NCBI GenBank assembly: GCA_964016885.1
Contig: OZ024740.1
Span: forward strand, 73,904,001 to 73,968,000
DNA: 64,000 bases
Source: Eledone cirrhosa
Taxonomy: Eukaryota
Direction of reading: 5' to 3'
Position 1 is the first letter of the stretch. Each line of letters opens with the position of its first letter. The notes beneath the pieces are model-generated. The model was not told the DNA's origin and ran no database searches. It worked only from the letters and a program-made list of their open reading frames with translations. Shown in pieces: positions 39,311 through 51,413 of the stretch. Both the position numbers and the translations under genes were made by a program.

Positions 39311-40400
39311 TATTCCATTCTATGTCCCAAATGCAAGCTATGGCTACACAAGAGATATAGTGGGATCACAGGCAGGCTATCAAAGAATGTAGTTTTTATA
39401 TGCAGCCGATGATCAGGTGCAGTATGTAGCAAGTGCCCACAGGATGCTTGCTCCTTCAAATGCCCAGACGGTACCATAGAAATAGCCAACTCTTTCCCTT
39501 ACCTGGGTGATAAAATCAACAGTGGAGGAGGGTTTTCTGAAAGTAGAGTAGTCAGAGTAAGAATGGGGTGAAGAAAGTTCAGATAGCTACTACCACTACT
39601 AGCTACAAAAGGTTTTCCCTTATAAGGAAAAGCAGATTGTACGATGCATGTATACGAACAGCAATGTTACATGGTATTGAGACCCAGTCACTGTGTGTAG
39701 AGGACCTGCAAAGACTGGAAAGAAATGAAGCATACATGCTCTGATGGATGTGTAATAGTAATATACACGAACGGCAAAGCATAAATGAACTAAGAGATAA
39801 ATTAGGTATAAAAGGGATCAGATGAAGTATGCGAGAGAGGAGATTGCATTAGTATGGTCATGTGATGTGTATGAAGGATGACAGCTGTATGAAAATAAAT
39901 GTGCAGGGTGATCAAAATTGATGGAAGCTATGGTGTAGGAAAACTTGGGATGAGGTGATAAAAATTGACCTTGAGCAACTGAACCTCTCAAAGACTGACA
40001 CAGGATCAAAATCTCTGGCGTTATACAGTAATACAGAAGACACACCTTCCCATGCATACAGATTCAAATATACATCTAGTAGACACCTCTTAACCACTAT
40101 ACCCCTGTCCACACCACCCTTGCACTGTGAACAAAATATATCCAACCCTCACTGTAAAATGGTCATGTAGGTGTCGCAACAAAATGCACCCACCCCACAC
40201 TGTAAAGTGGTTGTGTAGGAGTCACAACAAAAAGCACCCAGCTCACACTTTAAATATGGTTGGCATTAGAAGGGCATCCAACCACAGAAACAGTCGTATA
40301 TGAGAAAAACAGTCACCTGACCTAACTTGCCTCAAATAGGATAACCCGTCTAACCCATGCTAGCGTGGAAAATGGATGTTAAATGATGGCAATGATGATG
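39311..40400 (+). mobile_element. Degenerate RTE LINE 3' half
   Basis: Collinear with 43495-44627 (SILCPKCKLW..RTAMLHG..LERNEA) and ends in the same tail. Confidence 0.8.
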
Positions 40401-40979
40401 AAATAGAATTAATTTATATACTCCACGGGTCTCTGATAATTCATAATTGTGTTAAATTAAAATTATGGAAATTTGACATTATGTGATGGGCTCCTGATTA
40501 TATTCTATACAATAAATAACAATGCAGATTCATAATCATTTGGTGTGAATTTAGGCTCACAAGAACCTTTTCAACAGCTTGGAATTAGAATTAAACTGGT
40601 TGGTTTCTTTTACATTCAATATTTCATCAGGATTCACTCACCTCGTTACCAAATTGCCAATGGTAGTAATAGTAGAAGGTTTACTTATTGAAATGTAAAC
40701 TAAACTTGTGACTGGTTCAACTTATTTACATAATGCTACAATGCTGATAGCATATCAGTGATTTCAGAAATATACAATCTGCAACTTTGGACTGTAAATT
40801 GAAAAAATGATAAACATCCTTAATCGATTTTCAGATCTTCATCACATGTATATATCATCCAATCAACCACAAGAAAACATGTTTTTGATGGGTATATATA
40901 CTTATTCACTCTTAGTATTATTATGAAATGGACATACTAATTGGCTTATAATTAGCACTTATGTTGGTAATTAATAAAG

Positions 40980-41010
<31 letters not shown>

Positions 41011-41045
41011 TATATGTCATCGTGTCTTGGCTTCACAAACAAAGA

Positions 41046-41305
41046 TTAAGAAGCGGGTGGATCATGTTGACAGCAGGAAGGCTTGTAGCTGTTCAGGCCA
41101 ATGCTGGACATGCAGGCACGACCACAGTGGCTGCAGCTGAAGGTCTGGTCAGGGTTTGATGACTTGGTATTGTGGTTCTTCCTCCTGCACTTTTTTTCTT
41201 TGAAGGTAGCCCTGCAGGTGTTGAAGAAGCAGACAGCATGTTTGATGGGGAGGTGCCAGGCATCATGGTCCTCAGCTAGTGTGGACCACTGGTGATGGTC
41301 AATGT
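41046..41305 (-). mobile_element. LINE 3' fragment with C-terminal C2H2-like finger (a second RTE-type family)
   Basis: WSTLAEDHDAW..FSCSHCGRACMSSIGLNSY. Confidence 0.6.
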
Positions 41306-41951
41306 GATATGCATATATATATATATACATGTGCATATCCGTGTATATTAACCACACACACACACAGATATATGTATAATAATTGGTATAAATCAAAGTT
41401 GTAGCGGCAGTATAGCAGATACCATTCAAATTGTTTGAAGCAGTCACAAAGCACCTGATGGTGTGAAAAGTTAATAAAGTGCCCAAATGTAGGTGGCCAT
41501 AATAATACTGCAACATCGATATATACAAACAGGTTGAATATTAATCTGGCTCATCTTGAATAGACAAGAATCGATGAAAGTTGACAAAAATCCTTGATAG
41601 GTTTCTGGGAATCCGGGAAGATACATCAGAGGTTGCACAATGTATATATAAGTCATAGATGCACCCGTTGATAGAACAGGAATATCCCTTCATCGGGAGG
41701 TTTTCATTCCAGAATATCCGCTTTAGTCCAGTCGCTAGAAGACAGTGAGGCATTCTACTGTAGTAGTAAATTCGCCAGTGTCATCATGTGACTTTTCTCA
41801 AAAGAAGAAGGTCCAATCAGCTGAATTTTCGGCAGGTAAATTCAATGTGTGAACAAAAGATTTTTTTACAGCCACAAAGAAAAGCTACAACTAACTTTAT
41901 AAACAATCAATTAAATAATAAATTATATGAAACTATAATATATATATATAT

Positions 41952-44627
41952 GATAATTAGCGACCTAATAGTCAGGACGAGACTACTAGACAACAGAAGA
42001 GGACTATCCTCAGGAGAAAAATATGGAAGCTAAAGGACCCCACAGCCAAAAATAAATTCCAAAGCATATTACTTGATGCTTTCGACAGTGAGGAAGAGCA
42101 ATTAGAGACGTACAAGGTAGAGGAACAGTGGGAATTCCTGAAAGCAAACCTGCTGACGGCGGCAGACGAAGTCTGTGGCTGGAGCAGGCCTGTAGGCAGG
42201 AGGAGAGTAACATGGTGGTGGAACAGTAAGGTGGAGGGGTCAATTAAGGCCAAAAAGTATGGCGGGATGGGGGAAGCAGAGAAGACTATCAAGTGGCCAG
42301 GAGGGAAGTGTACTTCGCAAGAAGGGAAGCAGAGGAAAGAAAGTTCAAGCATGTTCTACAACGCGATGACCAAAAACGTGAGGTGTTCAGGATTGTTAGG
42401 CAATGTGTCAAGGAAAACAGTGATATTGTCGGGGAGAAGTGTGTACTTAACGATGACGGCATACTTGCCATCACCGACGCCGATAAGAAGGTAGCTTGGA
42501 AGTGTCACTATGAAAGGCTATTTAAATGAGGAGAATAAATGGGAGAAAGACAGTCTCCCCCACATCGACCCAATAGAGGGACCAGCAGTGTTAGTCGAGG
42601 GTAGTATAATAAGTAAGGCAATCAAAGATATGAAGACAGGCAAGGCGGCTGGGCCTTCGGAAATAGTTGCCGAGATGCTGAAGGCATCTGGTACGGTGGG
42701 ACACACCATGGTCACCCGGATAGTCAACCAAGTCATACAGAATGGGGTTGTTCCGAAGGACTGGCGCAGCAGCATTATTGTTAACTGTTATAAGGGTAAA
42801 GGAGATGCCCTAGATAGGAGTAACTATAGAGGCATTAAATTAATCGACCAGGTCATGAAGGTCACGGAAAAAGTAATAGCGCAACTAATCAGAGAGCGAA
42901 TTGATCTAGATGAAATGCAGTTCGGGTTTGTGTCAGGAAAAAATACCACAGACGCTCTTTTCATTGTACGACAACTACAGGAGAAGTACCTAGCTAAAAG
43001 TAAACCCCTATACTTAGCTTTCGTCGACTTGGAGAAGGCCTTCGACAGAGTCCCCCGTTCCATTATCTGGTGGGCTCTTAGAAAACTAGGTGTTGATGAA
43101 TGGCTTGTGAGAGCTATACAAGCCATGTATAAAGAAACAGTTAGCAAGGTTAGAATTAACAACGAATATAGTGAAGAGTTTAGTGTAAAAGTTGGTGTTC
43201 ATCAGGGCTCTGTTCTTAGCCCCCTACTATTTATTATTGCCCTCCAGGCTATAACAGTGGAGTTCAAGACCGGCTGCCCATGGGAACTCCTATACGCAGA
43301 TGATCTAACGCTCATAGCTGAATCAATGGCCGAGCTAGAGAAGAAATTCCAAACATGGAAGCACGGCCTAGAATCAAAAGGCCTTAAAATTAACCTAGCT
43401 AAGACTAAAGTTTTAGTTTGTAAGAAAGAAAATAAGGTGGCGGTCCCCTCCGGGAAGTGGCCATGCGCAGAGTGTAGGAAAGGCGTAGGTAGAAATTCCA
43501 TTTTGTGTCCCAAATGCAAAGTTTGGGTGCATAAAAGATGTAGTGGGATCACAGGTAAGCTAACTAAGAACATAGATTTTACATGTGGCCGGTGTTCTGG
43601 GGATATAAGTAGCAGCAAGTGCCCACAAAATACTAGCTCTTTCAACTGCGCAGAGGGTTCTATAGAAATAGTGGACAGCTTCCGTTACCTGGGTGACAAA
43701 ATCAGCAGTGGGGGAGGGTGCTCTGAAAGTACAGTAGCTAGAGTCAGAACTGGGTGGAAAAAGTTCAGAGAGCTTATACCACTATTAGCCGCTAAAGGGT
43801 TCTCCCTAAAAATGAAAGGCAGGCTGTACGATGCCTGCATACGAACAGCAATGTTGCACGGCAGTGAGACCTGGGCATTGTGTGCAGAGGATATACGCAG
43901 ACTAGAGAGAAACGAAGCTTGCATGCTCCGCTGAATGTGTAATAGTAATATACGTGAACGACAAAGCATAAACGAACTAAGGAAAAAATTAGAAATAAGA
44001 GGGATCAGATGTTGTTTACTAGAGAGAAGGCTACGTTGGTATGGTCACGTGATGCGCATGAAGGATGATAGCTGTATAACAAAGTGCAGGGCAATAAAGA
44101 TAGACGGTAGCCACGGAATAGGCAGACCCAGAAAAACCTGGGACGAGCTGATAAACACCGACCTCACACACTTACACCTCACCAAGACAATGTCACTGGA
44201 CCGAGACCTTTGGCGGTACTCAGTAATAGAGAAGACCCGCCTTGCCAGTAGGCATCTCTAACAAAATACACCCCGTCCCACCACCACGACCCCCACACCA
44301 CCACAACCCCCACCCCATCCACACCACCCCGTTCTATGTAAAGTTATGTTGGTGCCGCGCCATCCAGGCCGAAACAAATGAGATCGTGTAGGTGTCACGA
44401 CAAAAAAACACACAGTCCACGCTGTAATGTGGCCGTGTAGGCAACACGGTAAAAACCTCCCAGACCCACACTGTAAATGTGGTTGGTGTTAGGAAGGGCA
44501 TCCAACTAGGAAACCTGCCAGACAGTCCTATGCGAGCAAGAAAATCACTCTTGCCTCAAGTGGGACTACCCCCGTCCAAACCCATGCAAGCGTGGAACAC
44601 GGACGTTAAACGTTGATGATGATGATA
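41952..44627 (+). mobile_element. RTE LINE, 5'-truncated, relatively intact RT with internal PHD finger
   Basis: ORFs 42293-42529, 42510-43934 and 43935-44261: [55 protein letters not shown]; (GAT)n tail; flanked by (TA)n. Confidence 0.93.
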
Positions 44628-44706
44628 TATGAGTGTGTGTGTGTGTGTAAATATATGCATATTTATATATATGTATATCGATCTAAACCCTTATTATTAT
44701 TATTCT

Positions 44707-44737
<31 letters not shown>

Positions 44738-44859
44738 ATATATATATATATGTGTGTGTGTATATATATATGTGTGTGTATATATATATATGTCTGAATT
44801 GATGATAAATGTTCTAAATACACAATATTATTGGGGTTAAAGAGAGAAACACTTATGAA

Positions 44860-46400
44860 TGAAATTTATATCCAGAAATGAAATTTTCTAGATCTTTTGA
44901 CTCGTGATGTAAACTTACATTGTTCTTTGAACAGAACTATCTTGATCACATATATGGTCTTAGCCATCCAATGAGTCTGGTTGTAAGCTCCTGGAGCCAA
45001 GATGGAGAAGTGAGGAGATGGCCAACTGCCAAGATAGAGAAAGGAGAGCTTTATGAACTCAGTATAGACTTCTTGTGGATGATCTTCAGAAAGCAGTCCA
45101 GTCAGTAGATATTTAACCACTCCCTCTTTTTCGTGTAAAATCTTCCATGGGCTCATCATTGTCTAGGATAGTTTATTAATGAGACTTATTGATGGAGTCC
45201 CAATGTTCTTTGAACTTTTTGAACATTGGAATACTAGGACCAGATGATGGGAAAAAGATTTTGAAGACTTTCTTCAAAACTAGTTCAAAAGTGTGATGGC
45301 AGCAAGCCAGCCACAAGGGGGATTTTTTGAAAGCTGCTTCAATTTTCGTATTAGCTCCCTGGGAATGTCAGTGTTACTGGTGGTGGAGTTGAAGTACAAA
45401 CCAATTATTCTATCCTCAATTTCGAGTTGTTGAATTTTCTTCAAAACAACTTCAGCGATTTATTATCTGGTTCCACCTCTTGCAATCAGAACACCTAAAA
45501 GCTCCTCCTTTCCTTTTCCTGTAATTTAAACTGCAATCCAATTTTCGAGTGTGCTGGATTGGGAAGCCAATGGTAATACTTATCCATCCCAATGGAAGAC
45601 TAGCCAGGATCTGTCTTCAGGTGGAAAAGCGGATAACTCAATTTCCTGAGCCAGTTGAAGGGAAAGCCGAGTATTCAGACACATCATGACCAAGACTCTT
45701 TGCAATTGCGATGTAAGAAGTATTTGCTTGTCATACCAATAGTTTCTCCCATTCCAATATGGAAACAAGAACGGTGTCGAGAGTTGGCTTTATTCGTGGT
45801 GATTTCCAGTGCAGTGCTGACTTGAAGATTTCATCATCATTATCATCATTAATTGCTGAGCTGGATGATGAACTTTCTTGGACATATTGACTTCATGCTT
45901 TCTCTTTCTTACTTTTATCTCAGAATCTTTTTTCCCGTCTTCTGAATGACTCTCACATGTTCTACATCAACACCAGCCATGAATGAAGACCCCTGATCTT
46001 CCCACTGTATCTCAAAGAAAGCTTTGTCTTCAGCTGGGACATACTTTTGTTTGAGACCGTTCTGGCTAGCAATGTAAAAAAATTCCTCGAGAACACCTTT
46101 CCAAATTTCACACTTTGCAATTGCTTTGTCAGTCATTCTTGATACTCCTTATACTATTTCTTGATTAAAGTGCAGATGTTTTTTTTTCTGTTTTGGTAGG
46201 GATATTTACTTTTCCCCACATTTCCTGGACCTTCTGACTACTGTTTCTTACGGCAACTAAAATTGTCTTCCCAAGTTTGACATAATGGTAGAAAAAATAC
46301 AAGAGCACTTTTTGTTTTGACGGGAGACATGCCAAATGGCATTTCTGGTTTCCATTTTCTTATTCTCTGTAAAAAATGAAAAGCAAAATCAATCAATCAA
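44860..46400 (-). mobile_element. hATm-like DNA transposase remnant
   Basis: LVFHWDG, LWLACCHHTFELV and APGAYNQTHWMAKTIYVIKIVLF in broken frames match the hATm-type motifs HWDGK, LACRHH and PGA.H.ARWMAK. Confidence 0.65.
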
Positions 46401-46992
46401 TTATATTTTAATGAGCCTTTGGGTTCTCACATTTCTGGAATCCATTCTGGTTATGAAACACACAAGAGAAAATTATTTTGTAACTTCATAACAACAGATG
46501 GAAATTGACAAAAACCAGCACTGAACCAACAATACAACGAACCTTGCAATAGAACCTTATTGTTAACTCATTATCTTGCTGCCTTATCAAAACGCTCTCC
46601 TCATCAATGTAGGAACAATGAAAACAAATCACCAATGTAAAATTATTTCTTCAAACTTAGTTTCAATTTATGGTTCATTTCTTTTTCATTTAGGATCCTA
46701 TAAATGGCAGAAATGTCTCCTGTATGTACACAATTGAAAACAGACAGAAAATGCAATCTGACTACAATCACCAAGTGTTGGAGTAAAGATTTTGCTTATT
46801 TTTGGCATAGCATTCAAAAAGCACCTAACTGAGCAACCCCTAAATATATTTGTATCTCCTCATACTTTTGCCTGTGTATTTTTTATGTAAAATGGATTTT
46901 TGGGGTGCAATTAACATGAGGTGATTCCAACTAAATTATTTTCCCTATAAATATGAAATACCTTAATGTATATGCATATATATATAAATATG

Positions 46993-47625
46993 AGGGATCA
47001 GATGTTGTTTACTCGAAAGAAGACTACGTTGGTATGGTCACGTGATGCGCATGAAAGATGACAGCTGTATAAAAAAAGTGCAGGGCGATAAAGATAGACG
47101 GTAGCCACGGAGTAGGCAGACCCAGAAAAACCTGGGACGACTTGATAAATTCCGACCTCACACACTTACACCTCTCCAAGACAATGTCACTGGACTGAGA
47201 TCTTTGGCGCTACAAAGTAATACAGAAGGCTCGCCTTGCCTAAGTACAAAGCGAAACCTACAGTCAGTAGGCACCTCTTAACAAAAATACACCCCCGTCC
47301 CACTACCCCCACCCCATCCACACCACCCCTTTCGATGTAAAGTTATGTTGGTGCCACAACATCCAGTCCGAAATAAATGAGGTCGTGTAGGTGTCACAAC
47401 AAAAAAAAACACAGTCCTCGCTGTAATGTGGCCGTGTAGGTAACACAGTAAAAACATCCCAGTCCACACTGTAAACGTGGTTGGTGTTAGGAAGGGCATC
47501 CAGCCGTAGAAAACCCGCCAGACAGTCCTATACGAGCAAGACAACAAATCTTGCCTCAAGTGGGAAAATTCCCGTCCAAACCCATGCTAGCGTGGAAGAT
47601 GGACGTTAAATGATGATGATGATGA
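46993..47625 (+). mobile_element. RTE LINE 3' end
   Basis: Closely matches 43998-44627. Confidence 0.88.
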
Positions 47626-47964
47626 AACACCCTAATGCATATGCATATATATATATATAAGTATAAATATGGTACCAGGAAGAAACAGACAGAAGGAGAA
47701 ATTTATTGTGTTCAATCTTTAACCATCTACATGCGCTGACTGCATTATACAATGCTCATTTGTATGCATTACGTGTCTATGATTACACTTCATCAGAAAG
47801 AAGTTAACGGATCAATAAAAAAAAAATTGGTTATATTCTGAGGTGTGGGACTCGCATTTCTGCAATAAGCATTACTGCTGACAAAGCTAAAGGACAAAAC
47901 ATTGGCACATAAATTCAGAATCAAAATATAATATACAAATAACAAAAATAGTAAATACATTTAG

Positions 47965-48038
47965 TTTGGGGATGGCTTGCCACTTCAGTGTTATCATAAT
48001 GGCAAACCATAACACCAAATTGGCAAGCCATCCCCAAA
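47965..48038. repeat. Hairpin with 18-bp perfect stem upstream of a hammerhead-like motif
   Basis: TTTGGGGATGGCTTGCCA/TGGCAAGCCATCCCCAAA plus inner GTGTTAT/ATAACAC. Confidence 0.85.
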
Positions 48039-48109
48039 TCAACACTATCCTTTATTCTCTGTTTGTGTTCACCATAATTCTGTTATCTTATATAACTAGT
48101 ACTGCAATC

Positions 48110-48185
48110 AACACTTGATGAAATCACCTAAGTCTTTCATCATGATCAGATGATGAAACTGGGCCATTGAAATAAGTATAGTGTT
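48110..48185 (+). ncRNA. Hammerhead-like motif, C3U variant with long stem II
   Basis: AACAC/GTGTT stem I; TTGATGA 48115-21; stem II AAT..TTTCATCAT-gatcag-ATGATGAAA..ATT; GAAA 48169-72; TAAGTA; TA. Confidence 0.6.
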
Positions 48186-48559
48186 TTCACAGAATTAAAA
48201 TTTCAAAAAAAGTTTCCAATCTCGCCTTCTGTTGTTTTTAATGAATATTTATCCCATGGGATATCACATTTACAGTGGATGATTTGCATAACAGCGAGTG
48301 CTTTAAATTATTGCATCATTGTTTACTAACTGGAATTACCAGTTCTACCCATTGGTAAACAACATAATATAAATGGTATATATATATACATACATTATAT
48401 ATATATATACATATATACAGAATATATGTTTATACCGGGTTCAATCAGGGGTAACCACAGTAATACATAGCAGAGTATAATGATTTAATATAGAAATGGC
48501 TTCTACAGGACTAGAACTGTTTCATTTGGGACAAATCATCACACTGTTTCCATATCATC

Positions 48560-49190
48560 AGATATCCACACTGTTATCCTTCTCTTCACCACGTTTGCCT
48601 AACCCCACCTTGAATACTGTTGTCCACTGTGGTCTCCCCACACGAAATGAAGTATCATGAAAGTTGAAGCACCTCAAAGGTCAATTACTAAAAAGATAGA
48701 TGGCATGTCAGGCCTTGACTATTGAGTTGACAAGGAAAGCTCACCCTTTATTCTCTCCAACATCACCGTGAGTGCTACATTACTGAAAATATTCCACCAG
48801 CATTGCCCAAATGATGTTGGCATCACCTTTAAGGTACACCCAAGGCTTAGGTCCCGTGCTATCCTATCCGCCCACAACAAAAATCACACTTGCATCTCAT
48901 GACAACAATACAGCACAATTATTTCACCTCAATTGGCCTCGCTCTCTTTAACATTAGACCAAAACATTAAAACGGAAACAGACCTCATACAGTTCAAGAA
49001 GTCTTTGGACAAAGTCCTTCAAGAAATCCCAGACAAACCTCCTACACCAGGATATGTCTCTGTAAACAATAACTCTTTACATGAGTGGGTCATGGTGTCC
49101 AAATCCTGATTTAAAAGACTTTGCCAGGTGGTGCTATTTAGTTAGACATGGCCTGGGTCAATACTGGCTGAAACCTATCAAAGTTATATA
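48560..49190 (+). mobile_element. CR1/L2-group LINE 3' fragment
   Basis: LFTTFA*PHLEYCCPLWSP..KVEAPQRSITKKI..FKKSLDK.L..IPDKP. Confidence 0.75.
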
Positions 49191-49607
49191 TATATATATC
49201 ATCATCATCATTTAACGTCCATCTGCCACACTAGTATGGGTTGAACAGGTTTGTCCCACTTGCAGCAAGATTGGTCAGATGACCATGTCTCACTCATATA
49301 GAACTGTTTCTGGCAGGTTTTCTATGGCTAGATGCCCTTCATAACGCCAACCACATTTACAGTGTCGACTGTATATATATATGTATGTATAATAATTGGT
49401 GACAGTATCATAAAAGAGGATAGAAAGAAGAGGTATAGAGAGGTGCGATACAGAATATTACATGCCAAAATCGGATGCGTAAGTGCTCAATGGTTAGGTT
49501 ATCAGGGTTAAATATTAGAGAAAGATAATATTTAGTGTAAGGGTTAAGCAGAGCTGTGATAAGCAAACAAATTAATGAGAGAGTTACAAGCTGTTAAAAC
49601 ATATCTT

Positions 49608-49660
49608 TATATAGCTCTTACACATGTTTCGCCCAATGGGACTCATCAGAGGTAGATATT
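49608..49660 (-). ncRNA. Minimal type I hammerhead ribozyme, intact core, GUA site
   Basis: Minus strand CT-CTGATGA-GTCC-catt-GGGC-GAAAC-atgt-GTA-AG; stem I is short and interrupted; an inverted second copy lies at 56267-56317. Confidence 0.7.
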
Positions 49661-50131
49661 AAAGGCAAAGTTTTTAATTATAGACCTGTAGCAAGAGTTG
49701 CCTCCCTTGTCATGACAATCTCATCACCGCTCTCTAGACAGGAAGTAGCTGGAGTTGCTTCCCTTTGGGATTGACAGACTCCTTGTTGGTCACTTCCGGT
49801 CACCTCCTATAAAAGGAACAGGTCACCACGATATCTCTCTCTTGCCTCCTGATTTCCGAAGTGGTAACACCTGCGACCTTAGCTTGAGATGATTCATTTT
49901 TGATAATCCTTCGCTACCAAGAACAATGCAACTTGCAGCCTAAGATACCAGCTAGAAAAGATCTCTTCTTTTCTCTACCAACTCCAGCCTGGAGTTGTGA
50001 CCATCGGGTAACGAATCCTTAATATTTAATACCTTTGACTTCTATGAAGTAAAAACATTATTACAACACACACCGGTATTTACTGTCTTTTATAATAATT
50101 TTATATGTACACCGGTACTAATCTCCTAAAG

Positions 50132-50150
50132 TGGTGACCCCCGACGTGAT
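50132..50150 (+). promoter_or_regulatory. Primer-binding site complementary to tRNA-Trp
   Basis: TGGTGACCCCCGACGTGAT versus the canonical Trp PBS TGGTGACCCCGACGTGAT (one extra C). Confidence 0.88.
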
Positions 50151-50609
50151 TTAAAAAAAAAAGAATGGGAAATGGTATACAGTGTATATAGTAAAAAAAA
50201 AAGAAAGACAAGAAAACGAGAAAAATATAACAATTTAATACAAAACGAACACCTACAATTATTGACACACAGACAAACAGCAATTGTATAAATGTTTTTG
50301 CCTTTTTTTTCTCTCCTTTTCTGCCCTTCTCTTCTCTGGCTAAAAATCTTTGAGCATGACAAGATGGAGTCTCTCTTCTCCATCAATAGTGTTTTTGGCG
50401 CGAAATAGTCCGCCATGTTGGATTTATTTTTTTAGGTTCCTTGCCCTTACCTTAGTATAACAGCATTCACTTAATCGCTTGTTTGCATATTGTCCCGGAT
50501 GCATTATTTTTCCGGTCCAGTGGTTTGACGGAGAAATAAGCGATTTTGTTTTCCTTTTCTGTTAAGTTAGAGACATTTTTCCAAACGGTAGATTGCCTAC
50601 GGTATACCA

Positions 50610-51413
50610 ATGGCTTCCCACTCTATTCTGCCAACGTACTCGGGCGACGTGAGGCTATGGTTCACCCAGTTAGAAGCATTCTTCAGGGCGAACAGAGTTG
50701 ACGAGGAACTACAACATTCTGTGGTCCTTAGCGCAATTCCGCCGGCAATTCTCCCAGCGGTTAAGGACCTCGTGTTAGAGGCAAACACAGACTCGTCGTA
50801 CACGTCTCTGAAGGCTGAAATACTCAGCCAGACAGAAGTCTTCAGAAAAAAGATTTAGGGCTCTGGTCCATCTGGAGCATATAGGGGATGGCACCCCATC
50901 GAACCTCCTTAGGCGAATGAAGGACCTAATGGAGGGGTCTGCAGCGGAAACTGTCCTGCTGAAGCAGTTGTTCTTCTCGCGCCTGCCGACCAACGTACAG
51001 GCAATGTTGGCCTCCATGAGGGATACAAGCACGGTGGATCAGCTTGCCGCATCTGTGGACAAAGTTTTCGAGGTGACGTATGCCGGAGGCAGCGACCCCC
51101 TTGCCGCTGTTCACCACCCAGCTCGGGCCACACACGGCCATGCGATCTACGCAGCAGCGCCAACAGACAGCTCGACCATTATAGCGATGTAAAGGTCCAT
51201 TCAGGAGCTCACCATAGAGCTCCACAAGATGAAGGCCTTGTGTGGTGGCTGTTCGCGCCCCCGCAGTCGCGGGAGATAGCAAAGTTTTAGACGGCATTCT
51301 AAGTCACCAGCTTCATCTTTATGCTGGTACCACGAGCGATTTGCTGAGAACGCGAGTCACGGCGTGCAACCTTGCTCCTTCCATAAGGCGGGAAACGCCT
51401 AAGAGGTCCACTG
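50610..51413 (+). pseudogene. gag: Gypsy gag, disrupted
   Basis: LPTYSGDVRLWFTQLEAFF..; frameshift near 50850; LLKQLFFSRLPTNVQAML; stop at 51190-92; remnant CWYHERF knuckle near 51322. Confidence 0.8.
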
